Shown: positions 36,397-45,251 of the stretch, piece by piece
Layout: every line of letters begins with the position of its first letter
Position numbering within the stretch: position 1 is the first letter of the stretch
The notes under the pieces: generated by a model
Databases searched by the model: none
Seen by the model: the letters and a program-made list of their open reading frames with translations, nothing else
Told to the model about the DNA's origin: nothing
Source of the DNA: Gemmatimonadales bacterium
GTDB taxonomy: Bacteria > Gemmatimonadota > Gemmatimonadetes > Gemmatimonadales > GWC2-71-9
DNA length: 64,000 bases
Reading direction: 5' to 3'
Assembly: GCA_036522815.1 (NCBI GenBank)
Contig: DATDFC010000041.1
Span: 3,765 to 67,764 of the forward strand
Program-made: the position numbers and the translations under genes

Positions 36397-37916
36397 CCGC
36401 GCTGCTCGAGATTCGCGACGTCGCCAAGCGATTCGGGGCGACCACGGCGCTCGACGGCGTGGATCTCACCCTCTCCGCGGGCGAGGTGCACGCCGTGATC
36501 GGGGAAAACGGCGCGGGCAAGAGCACCCTCATGAACATCCTCGCCGGCGCCGTCCGGCCCGATCGCGGCGCGATGCACGTCGACGGCCGGCCGTACGCGC
36601 CGGCCGGTCCCAGGGACGCGCGCCACCGTGGCGTCGCGCTCATTCACCAGGAGCTGTGCCTCTGTCCGCACTTGAGCGCGGCGGAAAACATGCTGCTCGG
36701 TCTCGAGCCCGCCCGGGGCGGCGGCTGGGTGGACCGGGATGCGGCGCGGCGCCGCACCGTCGCGCTGCTCGAGCAGTTCGGGCGTTCCGGGCTCCATCCC
36801 GACGCCCGCGTGGGCGACCTGCCGCTGGCGGCGCAGCAGGTGGTGGAGATCTGCCGCGCCCTCGCGGCCGACGCGCGCATCGTCCTGATGGACGAGCCGA
36901 CCAGCAGCCTGCAGCGCGAGGACGTGGAACGCCTGTTCGCCCTGATCCGGCAACTCGCGGCGCGCGGCATTGCGATCGTGTATATCAGCCATTTCCTGGA
37001 AGAAGTGCGCGAGATCGCGGGCCGCTACACCGTGCTGCGCGATGGCCGCAGCGTGGCCAGCGGCAGCATCACGGAGACGAGCAACGATCAGCTGATCGCG
37101 CACATGGTCGGGCGCGCGGCCCCGTTCCCCCTCTCCGGAACGGAGAGGGGGACAGGGGGTGAGGGCCAGGGCAACGTGATCCTCGCGGTGCACGATGTCG
37201 CCGCGCCGCCGGTCCTCAAGCACGCCAGCTTCGAGCTCTGCCGCGGCGAAGTGCTCGGCATCGCCGGGCTGATGGGCTCCGGGCGCAGCGAGCTGATACG
37301 GGCGCTGTTCGGGCTCGAGCCCCGGGCCTCGGGGCGGATCGCCCTCGCAGGGCGGCCGCTCGCTGTGTCCGGGGCGCGGCCCTCCCGGCGCCTGGCCCAG
37401 GGGTTCGGGTACCTGAGTGAGGACCGCCGCAGGGAGGGCCTTGCTCTTACCCTATCCGTCGCGGACAACCTCACGGCGACGCGCTTCTCCGCCTGTTCGC
37501 CCGGGTGGGGATGGCTCGACCTCGACCGGCAGCGAGCGGCTGCCACGCGCTGGATCGACGCGCTGCACATTCGCGCGGCCGCGCCCACTCAGCCGGTGCG
37601 CGCGCTCTCCGGCGGGAACCAGCAGAAGGTGGCGGTCGGCCGGCTGCTGCATCAGGACGCCGACGTCCTGCTGCTCGACGAGCCCACGCGAGGCATCGAC
37701 GTCGGGAGCAGGGCCCAGATCTACGAGGCCATCGCGCGTTCGGCCGGGGAGGGCAAGGCGGTGCTGCTAGTGAGCTCGTATCTGCCGGAGCTGTTCGAGC
37801 TGTGCGATCGGCTGGCGGTGATGAGCCGCGGGCGGCTCTCCCCCGCCCGCCCGATCGGACAGTGGACCCCGGAGACGGTGCTGGCCACGGCGATCGGGGG
37901 GGCGAGCGAGACGTAG
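36393..37916 (+). CDS. Sugar ABC transporter ATP-binding protein (tandem NBD, RbsA-like)
   Basis: Walker A 'GENGAGKST', 'MDEPT', 'LSGGNQQKV', 'LDEPTRGIDVG'. Confidence 0.95.
   Translation: MTALLEIRDVAKRFGATTALDGVDLTLSAGEVHAVIGENGAGKSTLMNILAGAVRPDRGAMHVDGRPYAPAGPRDARHRGVALIHQELCLCPHLSAAENMLLGLEPARGGGWVDRDAARRRTVALLEQFGRSGLHPDARVGDLPLAAQQVVEICRALAADARIVLMDEPTSSLQREDVERLFALIRQLAARGIAIVYISHFLEEVREIAGRYTVLRDGRSVASGSITETSNDQLIAHMVGRAAPFPLSGTERGTGGEGQGNVILAVHDVAAPPVLKHASFELCRGEVLGIAGLMGSGRSELIRALFGLEPRASGRIALAGRPLAVSGARPSRRLAQGFGYLSEDRRREGLALTLSVADNLTATRFSACSPGWGWLDLDRQRAAATRWIDALHIRAAAPTQPVRALSGGNQQKVAVGRLLHQDADVLLLDEPTRGIDVGSRAQIYEAIARSAGEGKAVLLVSSYLPELFELCDRLAVMSRGRLSPARPIGQWTPETVLATAIGGASET
37126..37164 (+). 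repeat. CCCTCTCC...GGAGAGGG...GGGGTGAGG palindromic element inside the ABC ATPase linker
   Basis: 12-bp perfect stem TCCCCCTCTCCG / CGGAGAGGGGGA with GAA loop, then cagggggtgagg. Confidence 0.75.
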
Positions 37917-38044
37917 TAGCACCCGGCGCTGTGGCGTTGTCGCAACATGTAAGTCCGGTTCATCCCTCAAGGGTTTTTCTCTGAGACTCGCGGCCGCGCC
38001 GCGCGGCCGTCTCGCCGCTTGCACCCTATTCTCGGGAGCGCAGC

Positions 38045-41000
38045 ATGCGCGCCATCGCACGTCCAGTCGCAGTGCTCGTCGCCACGCTGGTGGGGCTGCT
38101 GGCAGCCCCAGGCAGCGCCGCCGCCCAAGCCGCGGGCTCCATCCGAGGACGCGTCGTCTCCAAAGCCGATCAGCGTCCCATCGCGGATGCCCGCGTGTTC
38201 GTGGCGGGGACCAACCGATCGGTTATCACCAACCAGGGCGGTGAATACACCGTTTCGGACGTGGCCGCGGGCACCTATCAGCTGCGGGCGCGGGTCATCG
38301 GCTACGGCGAACAGAGCGATACGGTCACGGTAACCGCGGGGGGCGCAGCGACCGCGGACTTCGCGCTCGAGGCGAAGGCGTTGGAGCTGGACGCGACAGT
38401 GGTCACCGCCCTGGGGGTCGAGCAGTCGAAGCGCGGGACGCCATACGCCATCAGCGGAGTGAGCCCTTCGGACCTGACGAAGGCCAGTCCGTCCACGGTG
38501 CCGGCCGCCCTGTACGGCGAGGTCCCCGGCCTCAAGATCCAGCAGAACAGCTCGGGGCCGACCGGGGGCACCAATCTCACCATCCGTGGCATCAAGTCCA
38601 TCACCGGGAGCAACCGCCCGCTGATCGTGGTGGACGGCATCCCGATCCGGGACGACAACTCCGGCTACAGCGACGTGGGGTGGGTGTACGACCGCGACCT
38701 GGGCACCGGGATCAACGACATCAACGCGAACGACGTCGCGTCGCTGACCGTGTTGAAGGGCGCGGGCGCGGCGGCGCTGTATGGATCGCAGGCGGCGAAC
38801 GGCGTCATCCTGATCACGACCAAGCGGGGCTCGAAGCATGACGGCATGGGCGTGGAGTTCAGCTCCTCGTCGCTGTTCGACCACGTCGCCTTCCTGCCCC
38901 AGTTTCAGAACGAGTTCGGCGGTGGCATCCTCGATCTGATCCTGCAAAACCGGCCGAACAACGGGGAGTTCATCTACGACTCGGCGACCAAGACACCGTA
39001 CGTGGCGTACGGCGGCGGGATCGGGGCGGCGCACAGCTGGGGTCCGGCGATGAAGGGCCAGATGGTCATGTGGTGGGACGGGCAGATGCGCCCGTTCTCG
39101 CCGCAACCGGACAACTACCGGGATCTCTATCAGGCGGGACAGACCCTCGAGAACAGTGTGACGTTCTCGAACGCCACCGACCGGAGTCGCTATCGTCTCG
39201 GCTTCACGCGCGGGGACTGGACCGGAACGTTCCCCGGGGCCCGGCAGACGCGCAACACGGTGAGCCTCACCGGTGACATGCAGCTGTCGGACAAGTTGCG
39301 CGCCGACGTGAGTCTCAACTATTTCGACCGCACGCTGACCAATCCCCCTCCCCGGGTGTACGTCGCCTTTTCGTTCCCGCGCTCGCTCAAGACCGACCTG
39401 TTGAGGCAAGACTACGAGACGCCGGCTGGCTATCTGACGACGCAGCAGGTCTACCCGCGGCTCCACCCCAGCGAGGCCGACATGATGCGGCAGGTCTTCT
39501 GGACGGGCCTCGCGGATCAATACGTGTCGGGGCAGGATCGGCTCGTCGGATCGCTCAGGCTCAACTACGCCCTGGCGGACTGGCTCAACCTGCGGCTGGA
39601 GGGCGGGACCGACTACACCGACAACACGCTCGAGAACGACCAACGCACGACGCAGCCGGCGAGCGCGGGACCGTCGGGTGGGTACGAGGTGCGGCGGCGC
39701 CAGGACCGGGTGCTCTACGGCGAAGTCCTGCTGAGCGGCCAGCGTGCCTTGACGACGTCGCTCGGCCTGAAGCTTCAGGTCGGTGCCTCGACCCTGCGAA
39801 ATCGCACCGGCGAAACGGCGGCGTGGACCAACGGCGGGCTCGTAACCGAGAACTGGTTCAGCCTCAACAACTCGGCGAGTACGCCGGGCCAGTACGCGGG
39901 GCGCGGCGAAGACCGCACCGACGGCGTGTTCGGCGAGGCGATGCTGTCCTACCGGGACTACCTCTACCTGACCGCGACGGGCCGCAACGACTGGACCTCC
40001 ACGCTTCCCCCCGCGAGCAACTCCTACTTCTATCCGTCGGTGGGGGCCAGCTTCGTGTTCAGCGACGTCGTGAGACTGCCGCGCGAGGTCTCCTCGGGGA
40101 AGCTTCGCCTGAACTGGGCGGAGGTGGGTCGCGGCGCCCCGCGCTACCTGGCCAACAACGTTTACAACTTCGCCACCTGGGACGGCGGCGTTACCCTCAA
40201 CAGCTTTTCGACCACCGTGCCACCGCTCGCGTTGAAGCCCGAGCGCAAGTTCGAGACCGAAGCCGGGCTCGAGCTGGGCCTGTTCGACGAGAAGTGGCAC
40301 GTCGATGCGTCGTTCTATCACCAGCGCAACGTCGACCAGATCATCCCGCTCGCGATCGCCGCCAGCTCCGGAGCGACCAACATCGTCGTCAACGCGGGCC
40401 TGATGACCAACACCGGCCAGGAGCTGCATCTCTCGGGCTCCCCGATCCGCACGCCGGATTTCGAGTGGAGCACCACCCTCAACTTTTCCAGAAACCGGAA
40501 CGAGGTGCGGAGCCTGGCGGCCGGACTGCAGACGCTGGTGCTGCAGAACTTCGAGGACAACCTCTACATCGAGGCGCGGCCCGGCCATCCGTTCGGGGAG
40601 ATTTACGGCTACGACTTCCGGCGCGCGCCGGATGGCCAGAAGATCGTGGACCAGAATGGGTTCTACGCCAAGAGCGATACCCTGAGCCTGGTGGGCAATA
40701 TCATGCCGAACTGGCTCGGCGGGCTGGGGAACACGTTCCGCTACAAGAGCGTCGCCCTGTCGCTCACGCTCGACGTGCGCATGGGCGGGCAGTACGCGAG
40801 CATGTTCGACTATTACTCCCTCTCCACCGGAAGGGCCATGGAAACGCTGTTCGGACGCGACCAGGCCCACGGCGGTCTGCCCTACTACATCGACGCGTCG
40901 GGGAATTACGTCCAGCTCGCGAGTCACGATGCCGTCGCCCCGAACGGCTCCATCGTCTATCACGACGGCATCATCCTGCATGGGGTGCGCGAGACGTTCG

Positions 41001-41371
41001 ACGGGAGCGGCAACGTCACGGGCTACGTGCCGAACGACAAGCTGGTGCCGGAGTGGCTGTACTACGAAACGAACTTCGACTGGAAGGCTCAGGGCATTTA
41101 CCCGCAGATCGTGTACAACAACAACTACATCAAGCTGCGCGAGCTGGCGCTCAGCTTCGACCTGCCCGCGGCGTGGACCCGACACATCCCCGCCCGCAAT
41201 CTGCGGTTCTCGCTGATCGGGCGGAACCTGTTCTATCTCTATAAGACCCTTCACAACGTGGATCCCGAATCGGCCACGTCCACCGTCGATTATCGCCAGG
41301 GGCTGAACGACTACATCGGATACCACCCGACCACGCGGAGCCTCGGGTTCAAGATCACGGGCTCGTTCTGA
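38045..41371 (+). CDS. SusC/RagA TonB-dependent transporter (susC3)
   Basis: Signal peptide, 'VVTALG', plug 'LKGAGAAALYGSQAANGVILITTK', 'RNDWTSTLP', 'YIKLRE', terminal Phe. Confidence 0.95.
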   Translation: MRAIARPVAVLVATLVGLLAAPGSAAAQAAGSIRGRVVSKADQRPIADARVFVAGTNRSVITNQGGEYTVSDVAAGTYQLRARVIGYGEQSDTVTVTAGGAATADFALEAKALELDATVVTALGVEQSKRGTPYAISGVSPSDLTKASPSTVPAALYGEVPGLKIQQNSSGPTGGTNLTIRGIKSITGSNRPLIVVDGIPIRDDNSGYSDVGWVYDRDLGTGINDINANDVASLTVLKGAGAAALYGSQAANGVILITTKRGSKHDGMGVEFSSSSLFDHVAFLPQFQNEFGGGILDLILQNRPNNGEFIYDSATKTPYVAYGGGIGAAHSWGPAMKGQMVMWWDGQMRPFSPQPDNYRDLYQAGQTLENSVTFSNATDRSRYRLGFTRGDWTGTFPGARQTRNTVSLTGDMQLSDKLRADVSLNYFDRTLTNPPPRVYVAFSFPRSLKTDLLRQDYETPAGYLTTQQVYPRLHPSEADMMRQVFWTGLADQYVSGQDRLVGSLRLNYALADWLNLRLEGGTDYTDNTLENDQRTTQPASAGPSGGYEVRRRQDRVLYGEVLLSGQRALTTSLGLKLQVGASTLRNRTGETAAWTNGGLVTENWFSLNNSASTPGQYAGRGEDRTDGVFGEAMLSYRDYLYLTATGRNDWTSTLPPASNSYFYPSVGASFVFSDVVRLPREVSSGKLRLNWAEVGRGAPRYLANNVYNFATWDGGVTLNSFSTTVPPLALKPERKFETEAGLELGLFDEKWHVDASFYHQRNVDQIIPLAIAASSGATNIVVNAGLMTNTGQELHLSGSPIRTPDFEWSTTLNFSRNRNEVRSLAAGLQTLVLQNFEDNLYIEARPGHPFGEIYGYDFRRAPDGQKIVDQNGFYAKSDTLSLVGNIMPNWLGGLGNTFRYKSVALSLTLDVRMGGQYASMFDYYSLSTGRAMETLFGRDQAHGGLPYYIDASGNYVQLASHDAVAPNGSIVYHDGIILHGVRETFDGSGNVTGYVPNDKLVPEWLYYETNFDWKAQGIYPQIVYNNNYIKLRELALSFDLPAAWTRHIPARNLRFSLIGRNLFYLYKTLHNVDPESATSTVDYRQGLNDYIGYHPTTRSLGFKITGSF

Positions 41372-41382
41372 GCGAGGACGCC

Positions 41383-42930
41383 ATGACACACGCCATGAAG
41401 AGATGCGCTCGTTGGCTCGCGCTGCTGATCGTGCCCGCGACCACCGCGTGCCATGATGCCTACGATTCCCTGTTCCTCGACCCGGACCGCTCCACCACGG
41501 CCCGGATCGAATACCTGTTCACGCAAGAGTTGATCAACGCGGACTTCCCGATCCACTACGGGGAATGGTACTGGCAGGTCTACGAGAACGTCGCCGCCTG
41601 GGCGCAAGTCTCCGGCACGGTCAACGACGTGCACATGATGCAGCCCGTCAGCGACCAATGGCAGAACACCTGGACGGACTACTACACCAAGGCCGCCATG
41701 GACGTGCGGGAGATTCGGGTCATCTACGACCGGCTGCCGGCGGACCAGAAGGCGAGCTATGAGGTGTACCTCCACCTCGGCAAGATCGTGAACGCCTTCA
41801 CGACGGCACGCACCACGGATTTGTGGGGCGACATCCCCTACTCCGAAGCGTTCACCGCCCGGCAGACGGTCGGCGAGAACCTGTTCCCGAAGTTCGACAC
41901 GCAGCAATCGGTGTACGACGCCATCCTGCAGGACCTGAAAGACGCGTCGGACAGCCTGCGCAGCCTGAGCGTGGTCCACCCTGCCCTTGCGGCGCAGGAC
42001 CTCCTGCTCAAGGGCGACCTGATGGGCTGGCGCCGCTTCGCCAACTCGCTGCGGTTGCGCCTGGCGATGCGGCTGTCGGAGGTCGCCGCCACCCAGGCCC
42101 GGGCGATCGTACAGGAGATCCTGACCGACCCAACCACCTACCCCTTGGTCGAGACCAACGCGCAGAACGTCGCCTGGTACATGGACCCGTCGTGGATCTA
42201 CGACCACAACTCCCTCGGGAACCGCAGCCGGGCGACCAGCGAGCGTCCCAACAAAGCGTGGGCCCCGAAGGTGATGCTCGATATGATGGTCGCGGACACG
42301 GACCCCCGCCTCCCGATCCTGTTCGACCCGGTGCTCGACACCGTCGTGCGCTACGCGGGCCTGCCGTCGTCGCCGAAGGATCAACAACCGCCCGTCGACC
42401 GGACGCGTTACTCCCGGCTCGACTCGCTCATGTTCAGTCACAACGACAACTTCCCGGGCTGGGTGATGACGGCCGCCGAAGTGCAATTCCTCAAGTCGGA
42501 GGCGTACATGCGGGGGTGGGCGACGGGGGACGCGCAGGCCGCGTACGAGAGCGCGCTCGACCTCTCGGTAGCGATGTACTACGATACCTACAACCGCAAC
42601 AGCGCCGTCACCCCAAAGATCCCGCTCCCGTCGGCGGCGGTGATGAGCGCGTTCAAAGCTCGCCTCGGCGTCGCCTACGACGGCACGCTCCAGCGCATCG
42701 CGACGCAGAAATGGCTCCACCTCGGGATCGTGCAGCCGTACGAGGCATGGGCGGAGCTGCGGCGCACGGACTTCCCCGTATTGCCGCCGGATAGCCTCGG
42801 CGGCAGACTGCTGGAGCGGACGGCACGTGTCGTCTACCCTTCCACGGAGATCACGAACAACAGCCAGAGCTACGCGGCCGTGCGCGCGAAAGACACGCCC
42901 ACGACCCGCGTCTGGTGGGACGTCAAATGA
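41383..42930 (+). CDS. SusD-like lipoprotein (susD3, SusD-like_2 type)
   Basis: Lipobox 'TTAC', 'TDLWGDIPYSEA', 'W.RFANSLRLRLAMR', 'IATQKW', 'EAWAE.RRT.FP', 'VWWD'. Confidence 0.92.
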   Translation: MTHAMKRCARWLALLIVPATTACHDAYDSLFLDPDRSTTARIEYLFTQELINADFPIHYGEWYWQVYENVAAWAQVSGTVNDVHMMQPVSDQWQNTWTDYYTKAAMDVREIRVIYDRLPADQKASYEVYLHLGKIVNAFTTARTTDLWGDIPYSEAFTARQTVGENLFPKFDTQQSVYDAILQDLKDASDSLRSLSVVHPALAAQDLLLKGDLMGWRRFANSLRLRLAMRLSEVAATQARAIVQEILTDPTTYPLVETNAQNVAWYMDPSWIYDHNSLGNRSRATSERPNKAWAPKVMLDMMVADTDPRLPILFDPVLDTVVRYAGLPSSPKDQQPPVDRTRYSRLDSLMFSHNDNFPGWVMTAAEVQFLKSEAYMRGWATGDAQAAYESALDLSVAMYYDTYNRNSAVTPKIPLPSAAVMSAFKARLGVAYDGTLQRIATQKWLHLGIVQPYEAWAELRRTDFPVLPPDSLGGRLLERTARVVYPSTEITNNSQSYAAVRAKDTPTTRVWWDVK

Positions 42931-43544
42931 GCGAGCACATGGAGCACGACGACCTGATCACCCGCCGCGCCGCCCTGGGCCGCGTCGCGATCCTCCTGGG
43001 CGGCGCCATCTCCGCCCCCACGCTGGCGGGCGCGCTCGACGCGGCGACCCGGCGCGCCTGGACCGCGCCGCCGCAGGATTGGGCGCCGCGCACGCTCACC
43101 GCCGGCCAGCTCGAGCTCGTCGCCGTGATGGCCGACCACATCATCCCCCAGACCGATACGCCCGGCGCCCGCGCGGCGGGCGTGCAGCGCTTCGTGGACA
43201 CGCTGCTCAGCGATCACTATCCCGCCCCCGAGCGCGATCGCTTCCTGGCGGGCCTGGCGGACGTCGACGCGCGGACCCGGGCCCGGCACGGCAAGGCATT
43301 CGTCGACTGCACGCCAGAGCAACAGGTGGCCCTGCTCACCGAGCTGGACGAGGCGGCGTATCCCGTGGCAGCGAGCGACGCTCCACGCCCACGCGAGGCC
43401 GGGTTCTTCCACCGCATGAAGGAGCTGACCCTGGTCGGCTATTACACGTCGCAAATCGGCGCCACCCAGGAGCTGCACCCGTCACCGTTCGGCGCGTATC
43501 GCGGCGACATCCCCTACGCATCGGTCGGGAGGGCCTGGTCATGA
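42927..43544 (+). CDS. Gluconate-2-dehydrogenase subunit 3 family protein (Tat chaperone subunit)
   Basis: 'TRRAAL' twin-arginine, 'IIPQTDTPGA..AGV..F', 'MKELTL.GYYTSQIGA'. Confidence 0.9.
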   Translation: MSEHMEHDDLITRRAALGRVAILLGGAISAPTLAGALDAATRRAWTAPPQDWAPRTLTAGQLELVAVMADHIIPQTDTPGARAAGVQRFVDTLLSDHYPAPERDRFLAGLADVDARTRARHGKAFVDCTPEQQVALLTELDEAAYPVAASDAPRPREAGFFHRMKELTLVGYYTSQIGATQELHPSPFGAYRGDIPYASVGRAWS

Positions 43545-45244
43545 TCGCCTACGATGCCATCGTGGTCGGGTCCGGGATCACCGGCGGCTGGGCGGCGAAG
43601 GAGCTCACCGAGAAGGGTCTGCGCACGCTGATGATCGAGCGCGGGCGCGAGGTGGTGCACCGCAAGGACTACATCACGGAGCACAAGCCGAGCTGGGAGC
43701 TGCCGCTGCGCGACGCGCGCCTCTCCGTGGGGACTAAAGGCGCCGAGGAATACCCGATCCAGGCGCGCACCGGCCAGTTCCGCGAGTCGAACAAACACTT
43801 CTTCATCAAGGACCAGAAGAACCCCTACATCGAGGAGCAGCCGTTCACCTGGATCCAGGGCGACCAGGTGGGCGGCAAGTCGCTGATCTGGGGGCGCCAG
43901 GTGTACCGCTGGAGCGACCTCGATTTCGAGGCGAATCTGAAAGACGGGCACGGCGTCGACTGGCCGATCCGCTACGCCGACTTGGCGCCCTGGTACAGCT
44001 ACGTGGAGCGCTTCATTGGGGTGAGCGGCGAGAAGCTGGGCCTGCCCCAGCTCCCCGACGGCGAGTTCCAGCCCCCGATGGAGATGAACGCCGGCGAGAA
44101 GCTCGTGAAGGCGGGCATCGAGAAGGCGTTTCCCGGTCGGCACGTGACCATCGGACGGGTGGCGATCCTCACGCAGCCGTTGAACGGGCGGCTGCCGTGC
44201 CACTTCTGCGGCCCGTGCGAGCGCGGCTGCTCGACCGGCTCGTACTTCTCGACCCAGGCGTCCACGCTGCCGGCGGCGCGCGCCACCGGAAAGCTCACGG
44301 TGCTGCCAAACAGCGTCGTCCACTCGGTGATCTACGACGCGGGCAAGAATCGTGTGACTGGGGTGCGCGTCGTGGACGCCGAGACGAAGCAGACGCGAGA
44401 ATACCAGGCGCGCATCGTGTTTCTCTGCGCCTCCACGCTCGGCACCACGCGCCTGCTCTTGAACTCCACCTCGCCGCGCTTCCCCACCGGCCTCGCCAAC
44501 TCGAGCGGCGTGCTGGGCCACTATCTGATGGACCATCACTTCCTGGCGGGTGCGAGTGGGAGCATCGAGGGACTGCTCGACCACTACTACGAGGGCAATC
44601 GGCCCAACGGCATTTACGTCCCCCGGTTCCGCAACCTGGGCGACGACGCCTCGCGCCGCGACTACGTGCGGGGCTTCGGCTACCAGGGCGGCGCGGGACG
44701 GCAGGGGTGGGGGCGCGGCGGCGGCGAGCGTGGGTTCGGCGTGGAGCTGAAACGCAAGCTGCACGATCCCGGCGCGTGGTCGATGGGGATGACCGGGTTC
44801 GGGGAGTGCCTGCCGCGCGCGGACAATTACGTGGAGCTCGCCGACAAGACCGACGACTTCGGCATTCCCCTTCTCAAGATCCACTGCACCTGGGGCGACA
44901 ACGAGCTGGCGATGCGCAAGGACATGGCCGCGTCCGCCGCGGAAATGCTCGAGGCGGCGGGCTGCAAGAACGTGCGGACCTACGATGCCTACCGCGGCGG
45001 CGGGCAGCTCGGCGCCGAGCCCGGGTTCGCGATCCACGAGATGGGCACGGCCCGCATGGGCCGAGACCCCAAGACCTCGGTGCTGAACGGCTACAACCAG
45101 GCGCACGACGTGCCCAACCTGTTCGTGACCGACGGAGCGTGCATGGCCAGCACGTCGTGCGTGAATCCATCGATCACCTACATGGCCTTGACCGCGCGCG
45201 CCTGCGACCACGCGGTGGAGGAGCTGAAGCGCGGCAACCTGTAG
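43541..45244 (+). CDS. GMC-family FAD oxidoreductase (glycoside 3-dehydrogenase-like large subunit)
   Basis: 'DAIVVGSGITGGWAAKEL', 'VGGKSLIWGRQ', 'WPIRY', Cys cluster 'CHFCGPCERGC', 'IHEMGTARMG', 'NPSITYMA'. Confidence 0.93.
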   Translation: MIAYDAIVVGSGITGGWAAKELTEKGLRTLMIERGREVVHRKDYITEHKPSWELPLRDARLSVGTKGAEEYPIQARTGQFRESNKHFFIKDQKNPYIEEQPFTWIQGDQVGGKSLIWGRQVYRWSDLDFEANLKDGHGVDWPIRYADLAPWYSYVERFIGVSGEKLGLPQLPDGEFQPPMEMNAGEKLVKAGIEKAFPGRHVTIGRVAILTQPLNGRLPCHFCGPCERGCSTGSYFSTQASTLPAARATGKLTVLPNSVVHSVIYDAGKNRVTGVRVVDAETKQTREYQARIVFLCASTLGTTRLLLNSTSPRFPTGLANSSGVLGHYLMDHHFLAGASGSIEGLLDHYYEGNRPNGIYVPRFRNLGDDASRRDYVRGFGYQGGAGRQGWGRGGGERGFGVELKRKLHDPGAWSMGMTGFGECLPRADNYVELADKTDDFGIPLLKIHCTWGDNELAMRKDMAASAAEMLEAAGCKNVRTYDAYRGGGQLGAEPGFAIHEMGTARMGRDPKTSVLNGYNQAHDVPNLFVTDGACMASTSCVNPSITYMALTARACDHAVEELKRGNL

Positions 45245-45251
45245 CGGCCGC

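Noticed and set aside
37917..38044. TTGCACCCT shared upstream of susC1 and susC3, plus a GC-rich hairpin
   Set aside because: Short match at very different distances from the starts. Not enough to call a regulatory motif.
37967..41389. 1140-aa antisense ORF exactly opposite susC3
   Set aside because: A codon-register mirror of a high-GC gene lacks stops by composition. The product has no recognisable motifs. Similar shadows occur opposite many genes here (e.g. 921-2270, 31107-32555, 43514-45253).
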